A stretch of DNA of 64,000 nucleotides from Gammaproteobacteria bacterium (GTDB lineage Bacteria > Pseudomonadota > Gammaproteobacteria > Steroidobacterales > Steroidobacteraceae). This document shows, one piece after another, positions 40,745-49,837 of the stretch (positions within the stretch are counted from its first letter, which is position 1; every line of letters starts with the position of its first letter). The stretch is from positions 1,989 through 65,988 of the forward strand of contig JANXZG010000048.1 of NCBI GenBank assembly GCA_025355645.1, read 5' to 3'. A program made the position numbers and the translations under genes. Below the pieces are notes generated by a model. The model was given only the letters and a program-made list of their open reading frames with translations. It had not been told where the DNA came from and ran no database searches.

Positions 40745-41844
40745 CAGGTGGATTCCACGGTGATCTTAGGAAACATCCGGCTGTAATCCTTGTTCAACGT
40801 TGCGAGCCGCGCGGCCGTGCGTCTGGCCATCGCAAAATACGCCCGCGCGCGCGCGCTCTTTGGGTCTGCGACGACGGTCGGCGTACCGCCGTCAGCCTCC
40901 TCGCGAATCCGGATGTCGAGCGGTAGCTGGCCGAGCAGTTGCACGCCGTACTGCTCCGCCATGCGCGCCCCGCCGCCGCTGCCGAAGACATGTTCGGCAT
41001 GCCCGCAATTCGTGCAGATGTGCACGCTCATGTTCTCAACGATGCCGAGTACCCTGACCTCAACCTTTTCGAACATCTTGAGGCCCCTGCGCGCATCCAG
41101 GAGCGCGATGTCCTGCGGCGTCGTGACGATCACGGCGCCACTGACCGGCACACGCTGGGACAGCGTCAGCTGAATATCGCCGGTGCCCGGCGGCATATCG
41201 ATGACCAGATAGTCAAGCTCGCCCCAGTCGGTGTCAGAGAGAAGCTGGGTTAGTGCCTGTGTGGCCATTGGCCCGCGCCACACCATCGGTTGTTCCTGAT
41301 CAACCAGAAACCCGATGGAATTGACGGCGACGCCATGAGCGCGCAGCGGCGTGATGCGTTTGCCGTCGATCGACGTTGGTTTCTTGCCGGTCAGTCCCAT
41401 CAGCAGCGGCTGGCTCGGTCCGTAGATATCTGCGTCGAGCAATCCGACCCTCGCACCCTGCGCCGCCCACGCCAAAGCGAGGTTGGCGGCGGTGGTCGAC
41501 TTGCCGACCCCGCCCTTGCCGGAAGCGACGGCCACGATGTTCTTTACGTTGTCGAGCGGCTTCAGTGCCCTTTGCACGGCATGCGCCGCTATTTCTGTGC
41601 GCAATATCACACTCAATACGACGTTATTGAGTGCCGGCGCAAGGTAGGCCTGTAGGGCCGGCAGCAGCTCCTCGTTATAATCCGAGCAAGGAAAACCGTA
41701 GGTCAGTTCCACGGTCAGGACACCCTCGCGCCGGGCAATGGCGCCGATGGCCCGGGCCTCGCCAAGCGTCTGGCCAAGGTAGGGATCGTGGTAGTCACTC
41801 AATCTTGCGCGGGCGATAGCCGGCGCATCGATAATGTTGCTCAT
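40744..41844 (-). CDS. apbC: Fe-S cluster carrier ATPase ApbC/Mrp
   Basis: Trimmed to [10 protein letters not shown]. Deviant Walker [19 protein letters not shown] and the CTNCGH cluster-ligand motif. The stop overlaps the dcd ATG by 1 nt. Confidence 0.93.
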   Translation of the reverse strand: MSNIIDAPAIARARLSDYHDPYLGQTLGEARAIGAIARREGVLTVELTYGFPCSDYNEELLPALQAYLAPALNNVVLSVILRTEIAAHAVQRALKPLDNVKNIVAVASGKGGVGKSTTAANLALAWAAQGARVGLLDADIYGPSQPLLMGLTGKKPTSIDGKRITPLRAHGVAVNSIGFLVDQEQPMVWRGPMATQALTQLLSDTDWGELDYLVIDMPPGTGDIQLTLSQRVPVSGAVIVTTPQDIALLDARRGLKMFEKVEVRVLGIVENMSVHICTNCGHAEHVFGSGGGARMAEQYGVQLLGQLPLDIRIREEADGGTPTVVADPKSARARAYFAMARRTAARLATLNKDYSRMFPKITVEST

Positions 41845-41889
41845 GGTTACGCATATTGTAGCGCAGCAGACGGATGGGCGCGCACCGTG

Positions 41890-41898
41890 TGGCATAAT
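41890..41898 (+). promoter_or_regulatory. Extended -10-like element TGGCATAAT upstream of the kinase gene
   Basis: Matches TGnTATAAT at 8 of 9 positions. Lies 29 nt upstream of the ATG at 41927. The identical decamer TGGCATAATT recurs at 46569. Confidence 0.35.
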
Positions 41899-41926
41899 TA
41901 AGAGTCCATTTCGAGCAGGGCGCCGA

Positions 41927-44314
41927 ATGAGTTTTATTTCGAATTTCCGGGCAGATCGGCTGATCGCTGAAATTAAATCGGGCGGCAACCCGACGGGCCC
42001 GGTCGCGCAAAAAGCACTGACACGCCTGGCCGCGATCGGCCCAAGCGCGATCGCACCGATTGTCGATGCCCTGCAGAGCGCGGACAAGCACGAGATGATG
42101 GCTTACGTCGAAGTGCTCGCTAAGTTAGTGGACGCCAAGAGCGTGCCGCTTCTACTTACGATGCTGGCTCAGCATAAGGGCCGCGCGGCCGCGGGTATCT
42201 CCTGGGCGCTGTCCTCGAGCAATGGCTATCCACCGACCCTGCTTCTCGAAGCTCTCGGCCGGCCCGGCAGCCCTAAACCAGCCATCCTCGACATCATCCT
42301 GGCGCAAAAAGCCCGCTACAACGTGCGCGACCTGTTGAACAGCGCCTTCAATGCGGAGGCCAGCGAACGCATCGGCTTGTTCCGGATCATCGGCGAAGTC
42401 GCCGACGACTCCTCGATCGATGATTTGCTACTGCGCGTCGACACCCACGATCCAATCGCCCGAGTGCAGATCATCAACCTGCTGGCACGATTCAACACCC
42501 CGCGGGTCACCCAGGCACTGCAAAAGCAACTGGCCGACAAGAGCAAGTTTGTGCGCGCCGCGAGCCTGCTTGCGCTTGGCAAGATGGATGGCCCGTTCGA
42601 CATTAAAATGCTCTGCGGCATGCTGCGCGACCCCGAATTCGACGTGCAGAACAAGGTGGTTGACCTGGTCGTGAAGGTCAACGATCCGGAAACGGTCAAG
42701 TACCTCGTCGATGTGCTGAAGGACGAAAATGAATACGCCCGGCGCGCCGCTGTCGAGGTCCTGAACCATGTGGGTGATTCGAAATCGGTCAAGTACCTGC
42801 TCGAGGTCATCGCCGACAGCGACTGGTGGGTCAGGACCCGTGCGGCCGACGCGCTCGGCAAGATCGGCGGACCGCGCGTCGTCGAGGCGGTCCTTGAGCT
42901 GATCCGGGACGAGAACCAGGACGTGCGCCGCGCCGCGATCGAGATACTGAACCAGACCAAGGATGACCGCGCGGTCGCGCAGCTGATCGAAGCCACCAAG
43001 GATTCGGACTGGTGGGTCAGCGAGCGCGCGGTGGATGCGCTAGCGGAGATCGGCAGCGACAAAGCCGTGCCGCGCCTGAAAGCGATGCTCGGCACGAGCG
43101 AGGCGAAGTCCCTGCCCACCGTCATCCGCGCGCTCGGCAAGATCGGCAATTACGAACTGATCGACAACCTGCTGGTCATGCTGCAGCGGCCGGAAAGCGC
43201 CATTCGCGTAGAGGCGATCCAGGCGCTTGCCAAGATCACCGATGAGAGGCGTGCCGATACGGTGCGCATGCGCTTTCAGTCCATACCGAGCGCGAACGAC
43301 ACCGCGGTCAGTCTTGCAATCCGCAGCGCCAATGAAGCGATGGACAACCGCTTCTCGACACAGCAGATCGCCGCCAACAAGCTTGCGCAAAAGATGCAGG
43401 AGCCCTCCCATACACTGCTTGCCGACAGCGCCAATGTGGCGGAAGTCGTCAAGCAGCAGGAAGAGCAGGTCGCGAAGCTCGACATTGGCACGATGCAGCC
43501 GGGCGATATCCTCGAGGGTCGCTATAAGTTCATCGAGAAAATCGGCAAGGGCGCCTTCGGCACCGTGCTGCTGATGGAGGATACGATCGTCGATGAGCGC
43601 CTGATTCTGAAATTTTTGAACCCGAACGTCTCGACCGACGAGGAGATGATGAAGCGCTTCGTGCATGAATTGCGCTACAGCCGCAAGATTACGCACAAGA
43701 ACGTCATCCGCATCTATGACTTCCTGTACATTCGTGGCAACTACGCGATCTCGATGGAGTATTTCCCCTCGCATACGCTCGGTGCGGAGATCGTCAACGA
43801 GAAGCCGGTCGACATCAAGAAGGCGGTCCGCTTCGGCATGGACATCGCGACCGGTATGGCCGTCGCCCACCAGGTAGGGATCGTGCATCGCGACCTGAAG
43901 CCCGCGAACGTGCTGATCGACAACGGCGGCCTGCTGAAGATCGTGGACTTCGGCGTTGCGGCCGCACATACCCAGGGCGACACGCAGCTGACCAAGACCG
44001 GCTACGTCATTGGCTCGCCCAAATACATGGCGCCCGAGCAGATCCTTGGCAAGAAAGTCGACGAGCGGGCCGACATCTATAGCCTCGGAATCATCCTGTA
44101 TGAGCTTTTATGCGGCGTCCCCCCGTACCTGCGTGGCGATCATATGTCCGTCATGTACCAACACGTGCAGGGCAAGGCGCGACCGCCGATCGATCTCAAT
44201 AAGAACCTGCCGCAGGGCCTGAACGACCTGGTGGTCAAGTGCCTGTCCCTAGACAAGTCCAAGCGGGTCCAGACGATGGATGATCTGCGCCTGAAGCTCG
44301 AAGCGTTCCTTTAG
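41927..44314 (+). CDS. HEAT-repeat protein with a C-terminal Hanks-type Ser/Thr kinase domain (795 aa)
   Basis: Trimmed to MSFISNF. Repeated DSDWWVRxRAADALGKIG / DVRRAAIEIL HEAT (PBS-lyase type) units are followed by GKGAFGTVLL, LILKFL, HRDLKPANVLI, DFGVA and SPKYMAPEQ. Confidence 0.9.
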   Translation: MSFISNFRADRLIAEIKSGGNPTGPVAQKALTRLAAIGPSAIAPIVDALQSADKHEMMAYVEVLAKLVDAKSVPLLLTMLAQHKGRAAAGISWALSSSNGYPPTLLLEALGRPGSPKPAILDIILAQKARYNVRDLLNSAFNAEASERIGLFRIIGEVADDSSIDDLLLRVDTHDPIARVQIINLLARFNTPRVTQALQKQLADKSKFVRAASLLALGKMDGPFDIKMLCGMLRDPEFDVQNKVVDLVVKVNDPETVKYLVDVLKDENEYARRAAVEVLNHVGDSKSVKYLLEVIADSDWWVRTRAADALGKIGGPRVVEAVLELIRDENQDVRRAAIEILNQTKDDRAVAQLIEATKDSDWWVSERAVDALAEIGSDKAVPRLKAMLGTSEAKSLPTVIRALGKIGNYELIDNLLVMLQRPESAIRVEAIQALAKITDERRADTVRMRFQSIPSANDTAVSLAIRSANEAMDNRFSTQQIAANKLAQKMQEPSHTLLADSANVAEVVKQQEEQVAKLDIGTMQPGDILEGRYKFIEKIGKGAFGTVLLMEDTIVDERLILKFLNPNVSTDEEMMKRFVHELRYSRKITHKNVIRIYDFLYIRGNYAISMEYFPSHTLGAEIVNEKPVDIKKAVRFGMDIATGMAVAHQVGIVHRDLKPANVLIDNGGLLKIVDFGVAAAHTQGDTQLTKTGYVIGSPKYMAPEQILGKKVDERADIYSLGIILYELLCGVPPYLRGDHMSVMYQHVQGKARPPIDLNKNLPQGLNDLVVKCLSLDKSKRVQTMDDLRLKLEAFL
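42011..43243 (+). other. HEAT/PBS-lyase-like repeat region of the kinase protein
   Basis: About 8-10 helical repeats. Boundaries are approximate, taken from the translation. Confidence 0.6.
43520..44299 (+). other. Protein kinase catalytic domain
   Basis: All Hanks subdomain signatures are present: G-loop, catalytic Lys, HRDLKPxN, DFG, APE. Confidence 0.85.
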
Positions 44315-44395
44315 ATGCGACTCCCATCACGATTATCCGAATAGGACCGGAAAAAAGCTCGAAAAACCGGCAGCTTGCAGGTAGCCTTGCGCATT

Positions 44396-45487
44396 ATGGC
44401 AAGAATCGACTCGTTCCTTAAGCTGGGTCTGGCACAGGGTTGTTCTGACATGCACCTCGCGGTCGGCATACCGCCCATGCTGCGTATGCAGGGGGACCTG
44501 GTGCCGATCAAATTTCGCGACTTGGCGCAGAGTGAGCTCGAGTCCTACATCACTGAAGTGCTGAGCCCGGCCCAGATCAAGATCCTCGAATCCGGCAACG
44601 ACCTCGATTTCTCCTATGTCTCCTCGGAAGGCGGCCGCTTTCGCGTCAACGTGTTCCGAAAAGAGACGGGCATCGGGGCGGCGTTTCGCGCGATCCCGAG
44701 CAAGATGCCGAGCCTCGATGAACTCGCGCTGCCGCCGATTGTAAAAAAGCTCTGCGACTACCACCAGGGCATGATCCTCGTAACCGGCTCGACCGGAACG
44801 GGCAAGTCGACGACGCTCGCGGCGATGATTGATCATCTGAATACCACCCGTTCGCTGAATATCATCAGCCTCGAGGATCCGATCGAGTTCGTTCACCGCA
44901 GCAAATCCAGCCAGGTGATCCAGCGCGAACTTCATACCCACCTGCCCTCCTTCGCCGAAGGCGTGCGTGCGGCGATGCGCGAAGACCCGGACGTGATTCT
45001 GGTGGGCGAAATGCGCGATGCCGCGACGATTTCCATGGCGATGACGGCAGCCGAGACTGGACACCTGGTGCTAGGCACGCTGCATACGACCAGCGCCAAC
45101 AAGACCATCGACCGCCTGATCGACGCGCTGCCGACCGAGGAGCGCGAACAGACCAAGAGCTTCATGGCACAGAGCCTGCTTGCCGTGATCACCCAGGTGC
45201 TGGTCAAGACTCCGGATTTGCGGGCAAGGCGCGCGGTATGCGAGGTCCTCGTTGTCAGCAAGGCAGTCGCCAAGTTGATCCAGACAGACCAGACGCACCA
45301 GATTCCAAGCCAAATGCTGATGGGCAAGGACTATGGCATGCAATTGATGGATGCCGCGCTGATGCAAGCGGTGACCGACAAGCAGATCGACCCCGAGGAC
45401 GCCTATGGCTACGCGCTCGACAAGCGCCCGTTCGAGCGCCTGACCACCCACGCATCGGGCGCCTCCAGCTCTTCCTCCGGTACATGA
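44396..45487 (+). CDS. PilT-family (type IV pilus retraction-type) ATPase, divergent paralog
   Basis: Trimmed to MARIDSFLKLGLAQGCSDMHL. Walker A GSTGTGKSTT, LEDPIEF, Walker B ILVGEMRD, and His box GHLVLGTLHT. The AIRNLIRE region has diverged to AVAKLIQT. Ser-rich C-terminal tail. Confidence 0.85.
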   Translation: MARIDSFLKLGLAQGCSDMHLAVGIPPMLRMQGDLVPIKFRDLAQSELESYITEVLSPAQIKILESGNDLDFSYVSSEGGRFRVNVFRKETGIGAAFRAIPSKMPSLDELALPPIVKKLCDYHQGMILVTGSTGTGKSTTLAAMIDHLNTTRSLNIISLEDPIEFVHRSKSSQVIQRELHTHLPSFAEGVRAAMREDPDVILVGEMRDAATISMAMTAAETGHLVLGTLHTTSANKTIDRLIDALPTEEREQTKSFMAQSLLAVITQVLVKTPDLRARRAVCEVLVVSKAVAKLIQTDQTHQIPSQMLMGKDYGMQLMDAALMQAVTDKQIDPEDAYGYALDKRPFERLTTHASGASSSSSGT

Positions 45488-45494
45488 GCGCACG

Positions 45495-46556
45495 ATGGCG
45501 GCAATCGACAAGTACCTGACCGACGTGTTCGAGCGCAAAGGCTCGGACCTGCATTTCCTGGCCGGGGATCCGGCGCGCATCAGGCTGTACGGGGAGATCA
45601 AGCCGCTCAGCGCCGAAGTTCTAGCGGCCGATAGTGTCAAGACGGCGCTTTACGAGATCATGCCCAAGATCGCCTTGGAACGCTTCGAGGCCAAGGACGG
45701 GACCGATTTTGCCTACAACCTGGCGGGCGTTGCCCGCTTTCGGGTCAACGTCATGCGCCACCTGAACGGCATGGGCGCTGTATTCCGGACCATCCCGTCA
45801 AAGGCACAGTCGATGGACGAACTTGACCTTCCATCGGCTGTGCGCAGCCTGACCGACGTGAACAGTGGACTGATACTTGTGACGGGCAAGACCGGTTCCG
45901 GCAAGTCGACGACGCTTGCTGCCCTGATCGACGATCTGAACACAAGGCTCAAGGGCCACATCCTGACCATCGAGGATCCGATCGAGTTCGTGCACGTACG
46001 CAAAAGTTGCCTGATCAGCCAGCGCGAAATTGGCGTCCATGCACCGAATTTTTCCTCCGCCCTGCTCTCCGCCCTGCGCGAGGACCCCGATGTGATCTTG
46101 GTCGGCGAGTTGCGCGACCTCGAGACCATGAGCATCGCGGTCACCGCAGCGGAAATGGGCATCCTGGTGCTGGGAACGCTGCATACCAATGGCGCTGCGG
46201 CCACGGTTGATCGCATGGTCAATGCGTTCCCCGCGGACAAGCAGGGCCCGGTGCGCACCATGCTCTCGACCAGCCTGCGAGGGGTCGTCAGCCAGCAGCT
46301 GATCCCGACCGCGGGCAAGGCCGGCCGCGTTGCCGCCATGGAAATCCTGGTCAATACCCCGGCGGTCGCCAATCTGATCCGCCAGGGAAAAATGGACCAG
46401 CTGGAAAATGCCATGATGACGGGGTCCGCCGTCGGCATGCGCACGATGGACACCGCCATAGGAGCGCTGCTCGACCGGCGCATCATCAGCGGCAAGAGCG
46501 CATTCCAGAAGGCCATCAACAAGGCCAAGTTCGAGCAGTACCGCAACGACACTTGA
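45495..46556 (+). CDS. PilT-family twitching-motility ATPase
   Basis: Colinear with P. aeruginosa PilT as I remember it (FRTIPSK.., GKTGSGKSTT, TIEDPIEFVH, ILVGELRD, TPAVANLIRQGK). 353 aa. Confidence 0.88.
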   Translation: MAAIDKYLTDVFERKGSDLHFLAGDPARIRLYGEIKPLSAEVLAADSVKTALYEIMPKIALERFEAKDGTDFAYNLAGVARFRVNVMRHLNGMGAVFRTIPSKAQSMDELDLPSAVRSLTDVNSGLILVTGKTGSGKSTTLAALIDDLNTRLKGHILTIEDPIEFVHVRKSCLISQREIGVHAPNFSSALLSALREDPDVILVGELRDLETMSIAVTAAEMGILVLGTLHTNGAAATVDRMVNAFPADKQGPVRTMLSTSLRGVVSQQLIPTAGKAGRVAAMEILVNTPAVANLIRQGKMDQLENAMMTGSAVGMRTMDTAIGALLDRRIISGKSAFQKAINKAKFEQYRNDT

Positions 46557-46568
46557 AGGCGGGTCGCA

Positions 46569-46577
46569 TGGCATAAT
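46569..46577 (+). promoter_or_regulatory. Extended -10-like element TGGCATAAT, 8 nt upstream of the metG ATG
   Basis: The sequence reads TGGCATAAT-TTGCGGCT-ATG. No SD is present, and an in-frame TAA (46574-46576) excludes any upstream start. Confidence 0.35.
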
Positions 46578-46585
46578 TTGCGGCT

Positions 46586-48631
46586 ATGAAGCCGCACCGC
46601 CGAATCCTGGTCACCAGCGCCCTGCCCTACGCCAACGGGCCGATTCACCTTGGCTACCTGCTCGAGGCCATACAGACTGACATCTGGGTGCGGTTCCAGA
46701 GACTGCGCGGCAACGAATGCCTGTATGTCTGCGCCGACGACACGCACGGCACGCCGATCATGTTGAAGGCCCAGGCGGAGGGCATCAGCCCCGAGCAACT
46801 GATCGAACAGGTCAACGTCGAACACCGGCGCGATCTGGCCGACATGCTGATATCGCTCGACAATTTCGGCTCGACCCATTCCGCGGAGAACAAGGTGCTG
46901 TGCGAGCGCCTGTACATCGCGCTGCGCGAGGCCGGGCATATCGAGCGACGCACGATCCGCCAAGCCTATGACGCGGTCGCGAACATGTTCCTGCCTGATC
47001 GCTACGTCAAGGGAACCTGCCCGAATTGCGCAACACCGGGCCAGTACGGGGATTCCTGTGAGGCCTGCGGAGCGACCTACACGCCGGCGGACCTCAAGGA
47101 TCCAATATCCGTGGTCAGTGGTACGAGGCCCATCGAGCGAGAGTCCGAGCATTATTTCTTCCGCCTGAGCAAGTTCGATGCGGACCTGCGCAGCTGGATT
47201 ACCGAGGGCGCGGTCCAGGAAAGCGTCGCTCGCAAACTTGAGGAGTGGTTCTCGCAGGGCTTGCGCGACTGGGATATCTCGCGCGATGCGCCCTACTTTG
47301 GTTTCGAGATTCCGGGCGCCCCGGGCAAGTATTTCTACGTCTGGTTCGATGCGCCGATTGGATACCTTGCGAGCTTCACGCAGCTTTGCGAACGGATCGG
47401 TGTCAGGTTCGACGATTTCTTCGCCGCCGGCGCGAGCACCGAGCTTCATCACTTCATCGGCAAGGACATCCTGTATTTTCACACGTTATTCTGGCCTGCC
47501 GTGTTGCAAGGCGCCGGCTTGCGCCGCCCTACCGCGGTTCATGCGCACGGCTTCGTGACGATAAACGGACAAAAGATGTCCAAATCGCGCGGCACCTTCA
47601 TCACTGCGCGCCGCTACCTCGACAGCTTTTCGCCCGAGTACCTGCGCTATTATTTCGCCGCGAAGCTCGGTCCCGGCATCGAGGATCTCGACATGAACCT
47701 CGAGGAGTTCACGGCACGCCTGAACTCGGACATCGTCGGCAAGCTCGTGAACATCGCGAGCCGCTGCGCCGGATTCATCAGCAAAAGTTCCGGAGGCAAG
47801 CTAGCCGCGAGCCTTGCGGATCGCGATCTTTTTGCCGCGTTCACGGCACGCGCGGAGCAAATTGGCGCCGCCTATGAGTCGCTCGATTACGCCGGCGCTA
47901 TCCGGGAAATCATGGCGCTCGCTGATCGCGCCAATCAGTACATAGACCAGCGCAAGCCATGGATGCTTGCGAAGAACTCCGAAAACGCGGCCGAGGTACA
48001 GGCGATATGTACGCAGGGACTCAACTTCTTTCGCACGCTGATGATTTACCTCTCGCCCGTGCTGCCCGTCATGGCGGCCAAGTCCGCGCTGTTTTTTGGC
48101 GAGGCGCCGTGGTGTTGGAGCACGGCCGGCACGCCGCTGCTCGGGACGACCATCCAACCGTACGAAGCGCTGGCGAGTCGCCTCGATATGAAGGCCGTGG
48201 CGGGCCTCATTGAGCCGGCCGCAGCGGAGATTGCGGCACCTGTGACGGCGGCGCCTAGGGCGGCGGCGCCTGGGGCGGTGGCGCCAGGGGCAGCGGCGCC
48301 TGCGATGATCTCGATCGAGGATTTCGCCCGTATCGACTTACGCGTGGCCAAAATCCTATCGGCGGAACTGATTCCCGGTGCAGACAAGCTCCTGAAATTG
48401 CGCGTCGACCTCGGTGAGCAGGGCGAGCGAGATCTGTTTGCCGGCATTCGGGCTGCTTACGATCCTGCGAACCTGGTCGGACGTCTAACGGTCGTGGTCG
48501 CGAACTTGCAGCCGCGCAAGATGCGTTTCGGCACCTCGGCCGGCATGGTGCTCGCGGCGGGCCCCGGTGGAAAGGATATTTTCCTGCTGTCGCCGGATTC
48601 GGGCGCGGCACCCGGGATGCGCGTGAAGTGA
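46586..48631 (+). CDS. metG: Methionine--tRNA ligase with a C-terminal tRNA-binding (Trbp111/EMAP-like) domain
   Basis: [13 protein letters not shown] (HIGH), zinc knuckle [27 protein letters not shown]-terminal [27 protein letters not shown]. Confidence 0.97.
   Translation: MKPHRRILVTSALPYANGPIHLGYLLEAIQTDIWVRFQRLRGNECLYVCADDTHGTPIMLKAQAEGISPEQLIEQVNVEHRRDLADMLISLDNFGSTHSAENKVLCERLYIALREAGHIERRTIRQAYDAVANMFLPDRYVKGTCPNCATPGQYGDSCEACGATYTPADLKDPISVVSGTRPIERESEHYFFRLSKFDADLRSWITEGAVQESVARKLEEWFSQGLRDWDISRDAPYFGFEIPGAPGKYFYVWFDAPIGYLASFTQLCERIGVRFDDFFAAGASTELHHFIGKDILYFHTLFWPAVLQGAGLRRPTAVHAHGFVTINGQKMSKSRGTFITARRYLDSFSPEYLRYYFAAKLGPGIEDLDMNLEEFTARLNSDIVGKLVNIASRCAGFISKSSGGKLAASLADRDLFAAFTARAEQIGAAYESLDYAGAIREIMALADRANQYIDQRKPWMLAKNSENAAEVQAICTQGLNFFRTLMIYLSPVLPVMAAKSALFFGEAPWCWSTAGTPLLGTTIQPYEALASRLDMKAVAGLIEPAAAEIAAPVTAAPRAAAPGAVAPGAAAPAMISIEDFARIDLRVAKILSAELIPGADKLLKLRVDLGEQGERDLFAGIRAAYDPANLVGRLTVVVANLQPRKMRFGTSAGMVLAAGPGGKDIFLLSPDSGAAPGMRVK
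48248..48304 (+). repeat. 15-bp in-frame tandem repeat (about 3.8 units) encoding [19 protein letters not shown] in the metG interdomain linker
   Basis: gcggcgcctagggcg / gcggcgcctggggcg / gtggcgccaggggca / gcggcgcctgcg read directly from the sequence. Confidence 0.85.
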
Positions 48632-48632
48632 C

Positions 48633-49196
48633 ATGAACGCGCAGGCGCAGCGCCCTACCGCCGGATCGATCGACGCGCTGCTTCCGCAGACGCAATGCAC
48701 CCGCTGTGGGTACGAAGGTTGCCTGCCCTATGCCGAGGCCATTGCGGCGGGTACTGCGCCTATCAACCAATGCCCGCCCGGCGGCGCCGCTACGATTGCG
48801 GCGCTGGCAACCTTGTTGGATCGCGCAGTACAGCCGCTGAACCCGGTGAATGGCAATGAGCGTGCGCCGCTGGTCGCGTGGATCGATGAGGCGCGCTGCA
48901 TCGGCTGCGCCCGTTGCCTGCCGCCCTGCCCGGTTGATGCCATTGTCGGTGCAGCGAAGTTCTTGCACACCGTTCTTGCTGACCGTTGCACGGGCTGCGA
49001 GCTGTGCATCGCACCCTGCCCCGTTGATTGCATCGAGCTTCGGCCAGCCTCGGCCGACCCGGCGCTCAAAGCACCCCTGCATCGCCAGCGCTATGTTGCA
49101 CATAAGGCACGGCTTGCTTCGCGCGCCGCAGAACGGCAGCGGCAGATAGACGTGCAAAAGGCTGTGGTACGCGCCGGGTCGGCGCCCTCCCAATGA
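48633..49196 (+). CDS. RnfB-related ferredoxin (4Fe-4S dicluster plus an N-terminal Cys-rich domain)
   Basis: [21 protein letters not shown].., [16 protein letters not shown] and [16 protein letters not shown]. Stand-alone, directly upstream of nth. Confidence 0.8.
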   Translation: MNAQAQRPTAGSIDALLPQTQCTRCGYEGCLPYAEAIAAGTAPINQCPPGGAATIAALATLLDRAVQPLNPVNGNERAPLVAWIDEARCIGCARCLPPCPVDAIVGAAKFLHTVLADRCTGCELCIAPCPVDCIELRPASADPALKAPLHRQRYVAHKARLASRAAERQRQIDVQKAVVRAGSAPSQ

Positions 49197-49837
49197 ATGC
49201 CACCAAGCGAAAGGAAATATTTACGCGCCTGCGCGCGGCAAATCCGGAACCGCGCACCGAACTTATCTATCGATCGCCCTTTGAGCTGCTGGTCGCGGTG
49301 ATCCTGTCCGCGCAGGCCACTGACAAGAGCGTCAATAAGGCGACCCGGGTGTTATATAAAGTCGCCAATACTCCCGCGGCGATCAAGGCGCTCGGCATCA
49401 AGGGGCTGTCGCGTTACATCCAGTCAATCGGGCTATTCAATGCGAAGGCGAAGAACATCATCGCGACCTGTGCGCTGTTGCTGGAGCGCCACGGTGGCGC
49501 GGTGCCTGAGGCACGTGAAGCGCTCGAGGCGCTGCCAGGCGTCGGCCGGAAAACCGCGAACGTCGTCATGAACACGGCTTTCGGCGCCTCGACCATTGCA
49601 GTTGATACGCATATTTTTCGCGTTGCAAACCGCACGGGCATCGCACCGGGCAAGACCGCTCGCGCGGTTGAGGACAAGCTCGAGAAATCCGTGCCCGCGG
49701 AATTCCGGCGCAATGCCCATCATTGGCTGATTCTGCACGGACGCTATGTGTGCCGCGCCAGGATTCCCGCCTGTCCCACCTGCCTGATCGCTGATCTGTG
49801 TGAGTATCGTGCCAGGACGCGTGCGCCAGTGACATGA
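49193..49837 (+). CDS. nth: Endonuclease III
   Basis: HhH motif [12 protein letters not shown] and Fe-S motif [16 protein letters not shown] overlap with the preceding gene. Confidence 0.95.
   Translation: MNATKRKEIFTRLRAANPEPRTELIYRSPFELLVAVILSAQATDKSVNKATRVLYKVANTPAAIKALGIKGLSRYIQSIGLFNAKAKNIIATCALLLERHGGAVPEAREALEALPGVGRKTANVVMNTAFGASTIAVDTHIFRVANRTGIAPGKTARAVEDKLEKSVPAEFRRNAHHWLILHGRYVCRARIPACPTCLIADLCEYRARTRAPVT

Noticed and set aside
42316-43969. Two minus-strand ORFs of 277 aa and 309 aa
   Set aside because: Both are antisense to the HEAT-repeat kinase gene. No motifs. Shadow ORFs.
45713-47482. 589-aa minus-strand ORF, the longest unexplained ORF in the track
   Set aside because: It lies antisense to the PilT-like gene and metG, both of which have unmistakable motifs on the plus strand. 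Its translation is Arg/Ala/Ser/Pro-rich low-complexity sequence, typical of the antisense frame in high-GC DNA.
48255-49193. 312-aa minus-strand ORF
   Set aside because: Antisense to the metG 3' end and the RnfB-like ferredoxin gene. A shadow ORF.
48633-49196. A stand-alone RnfB-like gene as a remnant of a deleted rnf operon
   Set aside because: As I recall, a solitary RnfB-related ferredoxin directly upstream of nth is a common native arrangement in Betaproteobacteria and some Gammaproteobacteria. No rnfA/C/D/G/E fragments are visible in the flanks.
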